This document shows positions 39,350 through 52,736 of a stretch of 64,000 nucleotides of DNA, piece by piece (the first letter of the stretch is position 1; every line of letters begins with the position of its first letter). The notes below the pieces were generated by a model, which worked only from the letters and a program-made list of their open reading frames with translations, was not told where the DNA came from and ran no database searches. Location of the stretch: assembly GCF_004010195.1 (NCBI RefSeq), contig NC_057755.1, positions 1,787,306 through 1,851,305 of the forward strand, given 5' to 3'. Source of the DNA: Chiloscyllium plagiosum. Taxonomy: Eukaryota. The translations under genes were made by a program, and so were the position numbers.

Positions 39350-39815
39350 TACTGACTCAATCTGTTACCCTATGTGAACCCACCCAAACATTTCGATTAG
39401 AGTCCATTCTTGAACTCCCTGCCAGGTGTATGTTATTTCATGCATAAATGTCCCTGAACCCCTCGATTAGATTCCAGTCTGTACCTCATTCCCACTTATC
39501 TGTTATTCTATGCATGGGCATCCCCGAAACCCTCAATTAGATTACAGCATGTAGCTCACTATAGTATCTGTTGTTCAATATGCACACCATCTGAATCCGC
39601 TGATTAGATTCAGTCTGTGATAAACTCCCGGGTATCTGTTATTCTCTATATAAATCACTGTAAACCCCATGATTAGATTCGCGTCTGTAACCCACATCTG
39701 GATATCTGTTATTCATTACATAACCCACGCCAAAACCCTCGATTAGATTGCTGCCTGTAATTTACTCCCAGGTATCTGTTATTCTATGTGTAAATGAACC
39801 TGAACTCCGACAGAT
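39350..39815. repeat. Degenerate ~70-bp tandem repeat, about 6.5 units
   Basis: gattag core at 39395, 39465, 39535, 39602, 39671, 39741; unit approximately ccctcgattagattccagtctgtaactcactcccgggtatctgttattctatatataaaccaccctgaac. Confidence 0.85.
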
Positions 39816-41499
39816 TGGAAGGAGGGAATGACAGCCAGAGTCAAAGAGCTTAAATATGCGTGCATGTGCTGCATCACCTAGAGTTTCTTTGCAAGAAAAT
39901 CTGTGTTTGATAGTGTGTGGGAGCACATATGAGAGTGTGTAGCCGTGCATAATATCTGTGTGAAAAAGAAAGAAACAGAAATTGTGTTGCCTGTGTTTGG
40001 GGGGTGGTGACGGGGGCCCCGAGGGGAGGGGGGTTGGTTGGGGTGGATCTTGCTGATAGTTAGAAATTCTGTCATGGAATTATTGACACTCAAACTGCGC
40101 ACTCAGATGGACACACACACACAGGCCCTGTCTCTCTCATATAAATACGCTCGCTCACTGTCAGAAACACAATATGACACACACACACATACGTGTGCAG
40201 ACGCGTGTATACCCGCAAATATGGTAGAAATCTATAAATACAAGGCAGAGAGATTCATATTTGAGATTCAGACTGACAACAAGAGCATTCAGAGATGGAA
40301 CCTTAGCAATTATCCCCAGGACTTGAAGAGTGCTCCATGTCGGTGGTTTGGGTTCAGAGAATCTTACACGTTAGTGTGCGCGCAATCTTCAATATTTTCA
40401 AACTGATTTCAAACTAGTGTTAGGGTCAGAGAATTTTAGTTGTTACTGGGGGATAAATGTTTCAGATTTTAAATTGCATAAATGTTGCTAGTCTTTCTTG
40501 CATTTCCTATTTATAAAGACCATGTCATTGCTAATACAAAATGGTGGCTGTGGACAAATCTAAGGTGTCTGTCTGACTCATTTGGGTCAAGAATACATTC
40601 AGCAAGGGAGAGGGGGAATGTGTCAATAGCCATTTCCATTCATTGATCCTAGCAGAAGTAGGAAATGGAGACAGCTCTTCGAAGGTGATTAAATATAAAT
40701 TCCAGTGAATGTGGAGAGACAATGTCAAATTCCAGAAAGGTTTGCCTTACGTTCCATCCTCCAAATACGGTATATGAGAGACACATAATAAACAAAATTT
40801 GAAAATTTTCAGCCATTGAAGTGCAGATTTGCACCCTTGGATCAGATTCCTGTCTGGCCAGACCTCATCCCAAATTCAAGGGTTTCTCAAATCCCATACT
40901 GACCTGCTATGGTTTCAAATTGTGTGTGTCTCCAAAGAAAATAAAATAATGAATCTGCAATTAAACGAAGCTCTTTATTGAACTTTTTGTGTCTGTTGGT
41001 TTCAGTGTCTTTTAACAAGATTGAAGATAAGTGAGACAGCGTAAAATAGGCAGCATTATAGGCAGGAGGGAATGCATTATAAAAGGGATAGTAATATCTT
41101 CAGTGGAAAGGGAAAACAGAGGAGGATAGTCTGAAAAGTAGGACAGTAGGGAGTCAGTAAAGTAGCATAGTTTGTGACTTAAACACGTTTAAGGGGAGTC
41201 GAGATTTGGAACTATTTCAGCAAAAGGAATTGATTTCAGGTCAATTTCAATTGTTCAGTGCAAACTTAAAATAATCTGATAATAATGTTAGAATAACTTT
41301 TTCCTCACAATACTACCTCAATCCCTGATAAAATCTGGAACCACATTATGAATCCTCCTAAATGTTGTATAATGGTTAACTTCCACTGTGAACATCTGCC
41401 TGTTTTTTCTCCCATCTTTCAGAACACATGAAACCTCCTGCATACAGCAGTTGAATTCTGTCTGGCTCAGCTCATTTTTCAGTTGGCACATGGTGTGTA

Positions 41500-41865
41500 C
41501 TTTCTCCTCTGATTTCTCCCCTCTCGTATCCGTTTCGTCTGTGTATAAATCGCTCAATCCCCTCAATTTGATTGCAGTATGTAGCTTACGCCTGTGTATT
41601 TGTTGTTCTGCATATAATCGACCCGATACCCTTGATAAAATTCCAATCTGTAACTGACTTCCATTTATAAGAGACTCTGTTACATTTACTACCTCAAACT
41701 TTTGATTAGATTCTAGCCTGTAACTCACTTCCGGGTGTCTATTATTCTGTAAAAAAAAAACCTCGAACCCCTTGATTCGATCCCAGACTGTAACTCACTC
41801 CAGTGTATCTGTTATTCCAACTCTGAAGCACCAAGAACACCTCGATTAAATGTCAGTCTGTGAAT
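41500..41865. repeat. Second patch of the ~70-bp repeat, about 5 units (smaller patches at 38470-38580 and 42100-42240)
   Basis: Cores about 70 bp apart near 41564, 41634, 41704, 41774, 41844. Confidence 0.8.
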
Positions 41866-43022
41866 GCGCTCCCTGTCATTTTAAGATCACATTCCTAACT
41901 CAATCTCCTGGCAAGAACCTTATCACTTGTCCTCATAATTGCTGACTCTACTCTCATGTTAACTTTCTGATGTTTATGTACAAGATTATTCAACCACCGC
42001 CCACCACCCCACCCCCACAACATGATGGAATGTAGCAAGTTCTGTCACACTCCGTAACATAGTATCATAGTGAACATCTCAAAGCCTACAATGATATTCC
42101 ACCTTGGAATTCAGTCCTGGTTATCTGTTATTCTCCCCATAAAGCACTCCAAAACCTCTTAATTCGATTCCAGTATGCAACTCTCTCCTGGGTATCTGTT
42201 AGTCTAGATATAAACCACCCTGAACCCCTCGATTAGATTATAATCAGTAAATGAATCCCTTTGTTCAGCTCATGTTCCGAATAAAACCGCCTAGCACAAA
42301 CAGTCAATGTATCACTTGTCCTCCTATCTGCTGGTACTACCATCATGTTAACTTTCTGATGTTTATGAACAAGTTCAGATAAACCCTCGGACAGTAACGT
42401 TTCAGAATTTCTCACCAGTTTGAACTCAAACATTCTGCTTTTTCTATTCTTCCTGCAAATCACGTTCCATTATATTTTGTTCCACCTGCCAAAGTCTTAA
42501 ATAAAATTCACAAAACACTGACAGCAAAGTGAAAGCTATGACGGGATGTAACAAACTCTGTTACACTCAGTACCTTGATGTTGCAGTTTAATAATATCCA
42601 GTCAGAAACGTTCCCTCCCTCAGGGACAAAACCTTCCTGGGTCTCGAAGTGGGGATTGGGAAGAGAATGGGGATTTTTATTCTGTCATTGAGTTAGTTTG
42701 GAAATCCGTGCTGCACATGGATATTTCTCCACATTATATTCCATCTGAAAATAACTTGCCTACTCAGTGAAGCTGGCCATATTGAGTCGCAGCCTCTTTG
42801 GTCGTCCCCATATATTTCTGTCCCACCCAACATGGGTCTTGTCAGGGACCCTGGAAATATCACTTAGAAACTTCGAAGTTAGGAGCAGGAGTAGGCCATT
42901 CGGCCCCTCGAGCACGCTCTGTCATTCAATACGACCAACGTTTATCATCGAACTCTATTCCCGCATCCCACCCTCCCCCTCATGTCGCCATGGTTCATTT
43001 GGACACAAGTAACAAAGCAAGA

Positions 43023-43032
43023 TTGTGTGTGT

Positions 43033-43074
<42 letters not shown>

Positions 43075-43200
43075 AGATAGACAGAGACATAGAGAAAAAA
43101 GAGTGTGCATAAGAAAGAACAACAGTGAGATGGTGCATGGAGGAGAGAGAGAGAGATGGTGTATGAGAGAGATGGTCTATGTCTTTGAGTCTGTCTGTGT
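43023..43200. repeat. (GA)n / (GT)n low-complexity tract
   Basis: Direct reading. Confidence 0.85.
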
Positions 43201-44869
43201 GTAGATGTGCGTGATGGAGACAGTTTAAACTGAGTTGAGCTCTGTGTCCCGACTAGGGGAAAGCCTGTCCTTCACATATTTGACTGCAACATGATAAAGG
43301 AGCTCTGCCCGTGCTGTACATGTCCCGAAAATCATTAATGCAGACAGTGTAGCGAGACCTTCACTCAGTAACTCCCTCCATTAAACAGGATACATCGCAA
43401 CGTGCAGATGACAAACAATTTGCCAATGGAGTAAGCAAGGAGGAGAAGTAGACTTGAGGAGGACACAAGCAGACGCTGTTTACTGTCATTGGGAAGGTGT
43501 CTGAGGATGTCATCTCGGTAAAACACTGAGAGAAACTTCCTTACGGTTATTGGCCAATTAATATAAAGTACAGAATTCCTGTGAAATAAGCATGTGAGGG
43601 TTCAGAGCTTTCTGTTTGTCATAAGGAGCAAAACGCTTACCCAACGGTCACTTGGGGAAGAGGCCTGTCCTGGATTTAACCCAAATCACAGTCTGAAACT
43701 ACCTACAGAGCACTGGACACAGTCTCTATGAATGAATGAGATGATGGGATCCTGTGTTCCGTTTGCTGATAACACAAACGGATGTGGGACAGTAAAATAC
43801 AAGGAGGACACAGAAAGGCTAGGATGGGAGAAGGGGGGTTGGACAGGTTCACTGAGTGAGTGCGTAAGACATAGTCTGTGCAATATCACACAGAGAAATG
43901 GGAGGCTTTTTAACTTCATTTTCAACTTGAAACGGTTTCAGAATAGTGTTAAGAGTTTTAGACGCTGATTCTCATCTTAGTCGCAGAAGTAGCAAGAAGG
44001 CTTTCCCTCTGTCTATCCCAGCCATTTCCGTTATTGTCTCAAAACCTTCCATTCCCTCTGATCCTTCTAAATCCCAGGAACAAAACCCTGGGTTTGGGTC
44101 ATTTTCCTCCCTCCTCAGTGACCCTATACTGCACTTACATACACACGCACTCCCGAAGTCCCCACTCTTTCTTGCATCTCCCTATTTATGAATTCAATAT
44201 CAGCGCTGGGCTAATATGAAATGGCTGCCACGAACATACCTACGATGGCTGACACCTTCGGAATCCTTCACGTATGGTTTGTGGATCATGACTGGGACAG
44301 TTACATAAACACGTGGTCTACATGACATTACGGTGTACATTATGGTGTACAGTCACATTATGGTGTAATAGCATTGACACAGAAAGTGTGCACTCAGATG
44401 GACACACACACACATCCCGAAACAGCCATGGTCTGTCTCACACACACAAATACAGACAGACACACAGACACTTTAGTGATGGTGCATGAACTTAGACGCT
44501 CAGAGTCTCCCTCCTGACAATTCCTATGTATTGTCCCCATGGTCTCTCCAATCCTGTGTTGCTGGGTGTGTGGTTGTGTGTGTGTGTGTGGCGGGGGGGG
44601 GGGGGAGTGGAGGGGGTGGCAGGGGGGCAGAGAGGGAGAAATGCGGATGTTGCGGGGTAGGCACGAGATCGATGTTTTAAATTTCCAAACTCTGGCGATA
44701 TTTTTGAGAAGGGGAAAGAAAATGAAAGATTGAAAATCATTTTAGAAATGACTGCATGTAGAGCAGGGCAGAGAGAGACAGGCAGAGGCAGACAGAGAGG
44801 GAGACACACATATAGAGAAATAATGTAACCTTGTCTACTGTGGCTTTTCAAATTTTGATTCAAATATTT

Positions 44870-45890
44870 CCAAAATGTTTTGAACGTTTACACCTCTACC
44901 ACTCAGCTCGGCAATGTGCTCCCGAAACCCACATTGCTTCCTTTCTCTTGTGTTCCAAACATATAGTTATTGACGCCTTGCTCCTCCCTCAGCTAAAAAC
45001 GTTAGATTTCTTTAGCCAAATCAATGCCTTTAGGTCATTAATCCTGTCAGGAGTTTACTCCTGTCGACTCTACCAGTGCCCTTCATAGTATTGATCATCT
45101 CAATCGTGTCACCTCTCCGTCTCCTCTGTTCTAAGGTGCAGAAACAGTCTGTCCAATCTGTCGTTAGAAGTGAAATTCTGCACACCAGGCATCATCCTAG
45201 GAAATCTCCTCTGCACCCTCTCCAGTGCACTGACATCCCTCATAGAACGTGCAGATCTCTATGCTGGTTATATTTCAAGGATGCTTGAGAACAGTCATGG
45301 AGATCCTGCATAAGACATCGCCTGTACTATTATGGACAATTTTTAAACTCCTTATATAAATAAACAGAGGAACAGGAGTCGGCCATTCATTGGTTTCCGC
45401 TTGCCATGCAGTTCAAATCGATCGTGGCTACTCCGACAATTCAATGACTTTCTCCCTCCATATTTCTATAACCGATGGACACTCAGGAATCTTTCAATAT
45501 CTACCTGATACATTCTCAAATACCGAGCTTTCAAAGCCGTCTGTGGTAGAAACATCCAAATATTCGCACCCGCTGGGTAAAAGCAAACCCCCCTCCTCTT
45601 GGATCTTGTGTTGTATCCCTCCGAATTTTAAATTGTGCCATGACTTAGAATCTCCTGCAACAGGGAAAAACTTTACCAGCATCTGCCTTAATATCACCTT
45701 TCATTTTTTGCAAGTCTCTGAATACAGAGCTCCGTTCGCCCAATCCCTCATCATTGAATGATCCCACCATCCAGGGATTAAACCTGATCAATCTTCCTTA
45801 CACTCCCTCTGAACCAGTAATCTCCTTACTGACATAAGGAGACCCAAACTGCCACTGTGTTCCAGGTGCAATCAGACAAACCTTCCTGTA
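44870..45890 (-). mobile_element. Two decayed CR1 3' fragments (about 44870-45250 and 45360-45890)
   Basis: Reverse complement gives ALERVQRRFPRMMPG and QFGSPY; KFFPVAGDSKS..HNLK. Confidence 0.65.
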
Positions 45891-45899
45891 AAATTGAAA

Positions 45900-47050
45900 T
45901 GAAAAATCGCATAACACCACGTTATAGTCCAACAGGTTTATTTGGAATAACAAGCATTCTGAGTGCTGCTCCTTCGTCAGGTAGTTCGTGGGGCAGGATC
46001 TTAGTACACAGAACTTATAGCATAAGATCAAATGCCATGCAACTTATGCGATGAAGTGAACAAATCTAGGTTGCTGTTAAGTCTTTAACCACTTAGAATG
46101 GTGTTGCAGGTTTCGATTCACTAATATGTATATCCAAGAACATGATAAAACAGTCATCCCCTATGGAAAAGACCTACGCATAGACAGGACTTGTCCAGAA
46201 AACGAGGAATGCGACCAACTCCGAAAGATGTTGAAGGGTGCCCTCATAAAAATTGATATGATGCTCAACTCATCGAATGCCAGTTTCAACATGTCACAGT
46301 GAGAAACCATAACTCCTCAGGAGACTGATACTCGATACGACATATAGGGTACCAATCACTGTCCCTTATTTCTGGGAGTTGTGAAACAATGCCGTGCTCT
46401 GTGCATCCTGCGACATATTATCAATGAGAATGGACGCCTTCACTTCTCACCTTTAAACACCTGCCAAATCTTAAACAGATCATTGTTCACAGCAAACTGC
46501 CCAGCCTTCTGGGCGGGATCGACCACAACATCATACAGCTCTGTCATGGCAACCACTGCAAGATGTGTCAGAGTGTCGACATGGACACTACCCTCCACGT
46601 GCATGACAGGTATTCGTGTGTCTTGGCTCATGTTGTCTCTCTCATAAGCTGCAGGCAAGGATACCCTGAGGGATGGTACATTGACAAGACCAAGCAAATG
46701 ATACGACAATGGATGAATGGACACCGCATAACAATCGCCAGACAGGAATGCTCCCTCCTATTCGGGGGACACTTCAGTGGTCAGTGGCATTCGGCCTCGG
46801 ATCTTCAGATAACCGTCTTCCATGGCGAACTTCTGTATATGCAACAATACAGAGTTGCCAAGCAGAGGTTGAAAGCCAGGTTCAGTACCCATCAGAATGG
46901 CCTTAAGTGGGACCTTTGGTGTATGTCACGCTGCAGGTGACCTCACTACACGATACACCCTTTCTTACACGCCCACACGCACAAGCATATATACACAAGC
47001 ATTCTTCCACATGATCACACTCACACAGACATTCGTTCATACACACACCC
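45900..47050 (+). mobile_element. Decayed Penelope GIY-YIG region with an inverted pLTR piece at about 45900-46140
   Basis: YSCVLAHVVSLISCRQGYPEGWYIDKTKQMIRQWMNGHR (VVYLI..YIGET-type nuclease); 45900-46000 on the minus strand carries a ctgacgaaggagcagcactc hammerhead-like remnant. Confidence 0.8.
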
Positions 47051-47061
47051 TAGTCAGACAC

Positions 47062-47710
47062 TGTTAGGATACATGGTATACCCTCCTGCTTAATTTAAAA
47101 TCACCAATACAGAAAAGAGTTATCCCGTACACTAATCTGTAAAAAAAAATGTGGCCAATAAATATTTTCAGGAAAAATTAACAACTTTATTTCTTAAAGT
47201 ATAACAGCAAATAATTAACTAACAATTATTCACAAGTCCTTACTCTAACGTATCTTTTACCTTCAATTCTACAATACTAGTCCGATAAAACTCTCAATTA
47301 AGATGTACAAAACAAATTTCATATCTCAAAAACGGGTAGCTTTTGGTTTTTCTATTTGCATCTTGCTGTGTGTTCTTTTCTTCTTAGGGATTTCTGTTTC
47401 ACAGGTTACTGATCGAAAAAGGTACGTTTTTAAGAGAGCTATTTTTCAAGCAGTCGGTTTACGTGCTGAACTTGGCAGTTCTCCTCCCAACTGTTCATTA
47501 TTTCCATGGTTTTATACCACAGAGCAACGGATTGTGACATTGTCCATATACTCAATTCCAACTTGATTGGTACTTGGTATTCCTCGGGGTTTAATTTAAA
47601 CTGATTTGCCGAATTAGAATCTGGTTTCTGTCGTTTCCAGGCAACCAATTATTCCAGTAGCTGGAGCAATTGTTGCACTGTGTCTTAGTAAGAACACTTG
47701 GTGCTGTCAC
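47062..47710 (-). mobile_element. Solo LTR related to 7044-8074
   Basis: Both ends align with the 7044-8074 LTR ends in reverse (gtgacagcaccaagtgttc vs gtaacactgccgaaagtgttc; ...cctaaca). Confidence 0.6.
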
Positions 47711-47739
47711 TGCTAACTTTTAACTCTTTTAAAAGATAC

Positions 47740-49365
47740 CTAAAGATCCAAAACGCCTTCGACAAGATGGTACACAATAGGCTGTTGCATAAAGTTACGA
47801 TATCATGCTGCCAGGGTGGCACGATTTGACCTGAACAGGCTGGGGCTGTTTCCCTAAAGCGTCAGAGGTTGAGAGGTGACTTTATAGAGGTTTTCATAAT
47901 TATGAGGGGTATGGATAGGGTAAACAGGCAAAGTATTTTCCCTGGGTTCGGGGAGTCTAGAACGAGAGGGCCTAGGTTTAGGGTAAGAGGGGACGATATA
48001 AAAGAGACCTACGGGGCAACATTTTCACACAGAGGGTGGTACATATATGGAATTAGCTGCCGTAGGAAGTGATAGAGGCTGGTACAAATGCAACATTTAA
48101 GAGGCATTTGATTGGGTATTTAAATAGGTTGGGTTTCGAGGGATATGGGCCGGTTGCTGGCAAGTGGGACTAGATTGGGTTGGGATATCTGGTCAGCAGG
48201 GACAGGTTGGACCGAAGGGTCTGTTTCCATGCTGTACATCTCTATGACTCTATGACTCTACTGACTTATGGGAAATATATTTGCATGAATGGAGAGTTGG
48301 TTGACTAACAGGAAGCAAAGAATGGGGACAAAGGAATGCTATTCTGGCTGGCAATCGGTGGTGTGCCTCAGGGATCAGTGTTGGGACCACAATTATTCAC
48401 AATTTATATCGATGGTGTGGAGTTGCAAACCAGGTGCAGCGTGTCCAAATTTGCCGACGACAGTAAGATGAGTGGCAGAGCAAAATGTGAAGCGGACTGT
48501 TAAACTTTGCAGAGCTTTAAGTGAGCGGGCAAATTTCTGGCAGATGGAATACAATGTTAATAAATGTGAATTAATCCATTTTGGTTAGAGTAACAACAAA
48601 AGGGACGATTACATGAATGGTAAAATGTTATAGCATGCTGCTCTGCGGAGGGATCTTGTGCACAAACCACAGATGGTTGGTCTGTAGCTTGGGCAAATAG
48701 TTAGGAAGGCAAATGAAGGTTTGTCCTTTATTGCTTCAGGCTTTGAGTTTAAAAGCAGGGAGGTTATGTTGCAGCTATACAAGGTGCTTGTGAAGCCACA
48801 CTTGGAGTATTGTGAGGAGTTTTGGTCTCCTTACTTGAAAAGGATGCGCTGGCAATGGAGGGGTGCAGAGAAGGTTCACTGGGTTGATTTCAGAGTTGAG
48901 GGGGTTGCCTTATAAGGAGAGACTGAGCAAAATGGTGTTGTATTAATTGGAATTCAGGGGAATGAGGGGGGACCTTAAATAAATGTACACAATTGTGAAG
49001 GAAATAGATAAGGTAGAAGTAGAAAGGATGTTTCCACTGACAGGTGAAATTGCGACAAGGGACCATGGCCTCACAATTTGAGGGAGCAGATTTAGGACTG
49101 AATTGAGAAGGAACCTCTTCACTCAGATGACTGCAATTCTCTGGAATTTTTTGCCCAGTGGAGTAGTTGACGCGACTTCAGTAAACGTTTTTAAATCTAA
49201 GATAGATCTTTGAACAATAAACGAATTAAGCGATATGGTGAGAGCACAGGCACGTGGGGCTGAGTCCACAAAAAAAGATCAGCCATGATCTTATTGAAAG
49301 GTGAAGCAGGCTCGAAGGGCCGGATATCCTACTTCTGCTCCTAGTTCCCAGTTCTTATGTCTCCT
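47740..49365 (+). mobile_element. CR1 RT-to-3' portion with a nested CR1 3' end (about 47805-48260)
   Basis: AFDKMVHNRLL..[insert with (ctatgact)n tail]..ESWLTNRKQR, VPQGSVLGP, KFADD, LYKVLVKPHLEYC. Confidence 0.88.
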
Positions 49366-49734
49366 ATCTTTGAGCCAATTTTGTACCCAAATGACTAGTT
49401 CTCTCTGTACACCACTTGATTTAACCTTGCTAATGACATCTCTGAGCAGTTTATTGGAAAAGCAGTTTAAATATAAACATTAAGCATAATGTGGTGACAT
49501 ACGATTAATGACTGTAGGAAATATGGAGAAAGTCAGAAACTTTCTGTTTAAAATGGTGAGAAATAATTAAACATGATCATCCAGTGTGAAAGAGAGTGCC
49601 CTGAACCAACAAGGATTAAAACAAATGATATTGCTCGGTGATTGCTCGGTGATTGGAGTAGGATAGTGAGGAAGTCTTGCTGTGATTATACAGGGGTTTG
49701 AGTATGAAAATGGACACCACAAAACAAACAAACA

Positions 49735-49755
49735 AACACACACACACACACACAC

Positions 49756-49842
<87 letters not shown>
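49735..49842. repeat. (CA)n microsatellite
   Basis: Direct reading. Confidence 0.98.
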
Positions 49843-49844
<2 letters not shown>

Positions 49845-50819
49845 AGAGATGTTTTATAAAGGTTGGGAACTGTATTTTCATTGATGTTTAAAATTTCCAG
49901 GAACACTGTCAAAATGTATCCATGTCAGTAAAATGGGAAGCTGAGAACTGTTAGCAAGGTAGCAATGAACGTCAGAAAGATATTGGGATGTTGTTGGGTT
50001 GGATGGATAGGATGAAGTCCAGTGTGGAGAAGTGTGAGTTGAATTACTTTCGTCAGAAGAACATGGTCAATAAAACATTTTGACACACAAATCAAAAAGA
50101 GGTTTGCTGGAGCAGAAGTGTAAGGAAAGACGTGGACTTAATTACATCAACATTGGCAGGACAAGCTGAAAGAATATTTCACAATGAATACAGTCTCCTG
50201 ATCCTTGTTAATAGTGGCAGAGTCTGCGAGAGCAATGAGGTCTTCTTGTGCATTAATAATGCCCCAGTTCAGGTTCCGCTAGAAACCACATGATCAAAAC
50301 GATTGTGGAGACAATTGAAACAATGTCAAGCAGATTTCTAAGACAGCTTCTGGGAGCAAGCACGTTCGGTTTGTAGCATGAGTTGGAGGAATCCGAGTTG
50401 ATTTCCAGAAGAAGTGTCGACTGAGAAGGATCGGAGTGAAGTCTACAAAATAATGACAGGTCTAGGTTGGATTCGGGGAGAAAAAGGAACCCGCTCACGA
50501 AGAGATTGAGACTGAGAGGCTCCAGATTGAAAGAACTTGGTTAAAGCTGCAGGAGGAAGACAAGGAGATTGCTGCTTTTGTTTCAAATAGTATTGAAAAG
50601 TTTATAAACGTTTACAAAAGAAGCAACTAATTTGATGATTCCTGTCAGGATTCTTTGGGGTCCTGGGATTGATAAAGGGGGAATTGAAAGGGTTAATTTT
50701 GTATTTCTTCTCATGATATACAGGATTTTCGTGACTCTGCAGTGAGTCCCTTAATGCAGTTCCGTGAAGGGATTGATTCTAAACAGCACCCTCACAGCAA
50801 ATACCAAACAATCTGAACA

Positions 50820-51270
50820 TGGAGACTGGAATGATTGAGTTATAAGGAGAGCCCGGATTGACTGGGACCTTTCCCACTGGAGTGTAGGCGGCTGAGAGAT
50901 GACCACACAGAGATTCATAATACCATGAGGGTTATAGATAAGTTGAACAGCCAAGACCTTTTATCCAAGGGCAAATGAGCCGAAAACCAGGCGGCATTTG
51001 TTTAAGGTGAAAGGGAAAATATTTAAAAGTGACATCAGATGCAACTTCTTCACACAGAGTGTGTTGCATGTATGGAATGAACTGCCAGAGGAAGTGGTGG
51101 TCGTGGGCACAATTATGATATCAAAATGATATTTGGACAGGTACACAGATAGGCTAGGTTTAGAGAGATTTGGGCCAAATGCCGGCAAATAAGACTCGTT
51201 CCATTTTCGATATCTGATCGACATAGAAATGTTCAGCGAAGAGTGTGCTGCCTTGCTGCACGACTCTATG
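50820..51270 (+). mobile_element. CR1 3' fragment
   Basis: FFTQSVLHVWNELPEEVV and a CR1 3' UTR. Confidence 0.8.
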
Positions 51271-51539
51271 TCAAAAGCTACTGAAATTTCCTAAATGTGA
51301 TTTAGAAAGTAGCTATTTGTGCGAGATTTCCATGGTATTTATCATGTACTGGTGAAGGAACAGAATTCAAGTTTTAAACATTATGTTATATGACTTGGTG
51401 CAGAAATTGTTGGAGTTGGCTGAGATGTCTGAAAACATTTTTCAAACCTTTATGCTATGTTTCCAATATGCTGGGTATCCTTCAGGTACTGTTGTCAGAG
51501 GTGGTAAAATTTCTAAAAGTCAATTCGTCTCTTTTTATT

Positions 51540-52112
51540 CTGCAAAGGCAGAAGGACAGGTTAAGAGGGCAGTTAAAAAGGCATTTCTTTCGGAGTCGAG
51601 ACGTAGATTATAAGAGCAAGGAGATACTGTTACTGCTGCACTCAACTTTATTAGACCACAGTTGGTGGATGCAGTTCTGGCGACTTCACAACAGGAAGGA
51701 TGTGATTGCACTAGAATAAAGGAGATTCACGATGATGTACTTGGTGTGTAGCTATTTAGCTGTGAAGAGCGAGGTTTGGTAAGTTTGGAATGTTTTCATT
51801 ACAGCAGAGATCAGGCTACACATGACTGTGAACGGATGGATATGGTGGACAGATAGCAGTTGTTCCCATTTTTCATAGGTGCCATAATTTCAAGCTGAAA
51901 GGTTTGGAGGAGCCATGAGGAATAGTCTTCTCACTAAGAGGATGGAAGGGGCCTATTGAGACAGTAAACCACAAAACATTTACAAAGAAAAAAAATATAG
52001 CTATCGGTTAATTGCTGGAAAGTAGTATTAAAATGTATTTAGTCTAATTTTGGCAGGACAAACACAATGGGCCAAAGGCCTCTTGTGTTCTATGTTTTTT
52101 CTGCAATTCTAG
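51540..52112 (+). mobile_element. Old CR1 3' portion upstream of the plus-strand GPCR exon 1
   Basis: YKSKEILLLLHSTL..MQFWRLHNRKDVIALE; tail caattctagaat at the same position relative to the ATG as the CR1 at 34640. Confidence 0.75.
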
Positions 52113-52633
52113 AATTCTGATGTTAAGGTAATGAATTAGTTTATTTTACTCTTTTTTTGAGGAAATATCCCCCGGTGTAAGTTTCAGCCGTTGTCAGTAT
52201 CAGCTTCTTGGTTCTGTATTGTTTGCTTGTTCACAGATGAAATTTCCCAAACAAGTTGAAAAACTGAATTAACAAGGAAAGCAGTGGTGTAATACAATGC
52301 AGGAGAACAGCTTTAAACATAAAATATTGAACATCTGAGTAGCCTCAGCAAAATGATGGTCATTACTGAAAAGAATATCAAAAGATATCAGTATTGATGG
52401 TTCTCATAGTGTGTAAAAAAATGCAAGTATCGTTGTGTGAAGACAAATCATGATTAACATTTGAGACCGAAGAGGAACAGCTTGATCCAGCCTTTGGGAG
52501 TATTCAGACACAGTCTTAAATCTCAAACATATCACTTCATTAAAATAAACCTGTTGTAATCTGTTTGCTCAGAAATGTATTTTCAGAAATAAGGAAAGTG
52601 TAATCATATATTCCCAGTGGAGATATCACACAA

Positions 52634-52640
52634 TATAAAA
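52634..52640 (+). promoter_or_regulatory. Candidate TATA box (TATAAAA)
   Basis: About 100 nt upstream of the ATG at 52737. Confidence 0.5.
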
Positions 52641-52736
52641 CAGCGTGAAACTGTCTCTTCTCCAATTAAAAGTTAATTTTCCAATTACGTGAGATTTCTC
52701 CAAAAGGAAGGGCGAGGCTGTTTCACAAACAACAAA

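Noticed and set aside
39350..39815. CRISPR-like array
   Set aside because: Units are homologous over their whole length with no unique spacers, there are no cas genes, and the context is eukaryotic.
49567..49912. CV/TH-repeat ORFs
   Set aside because: Translations of the (CA)n microsatellite.
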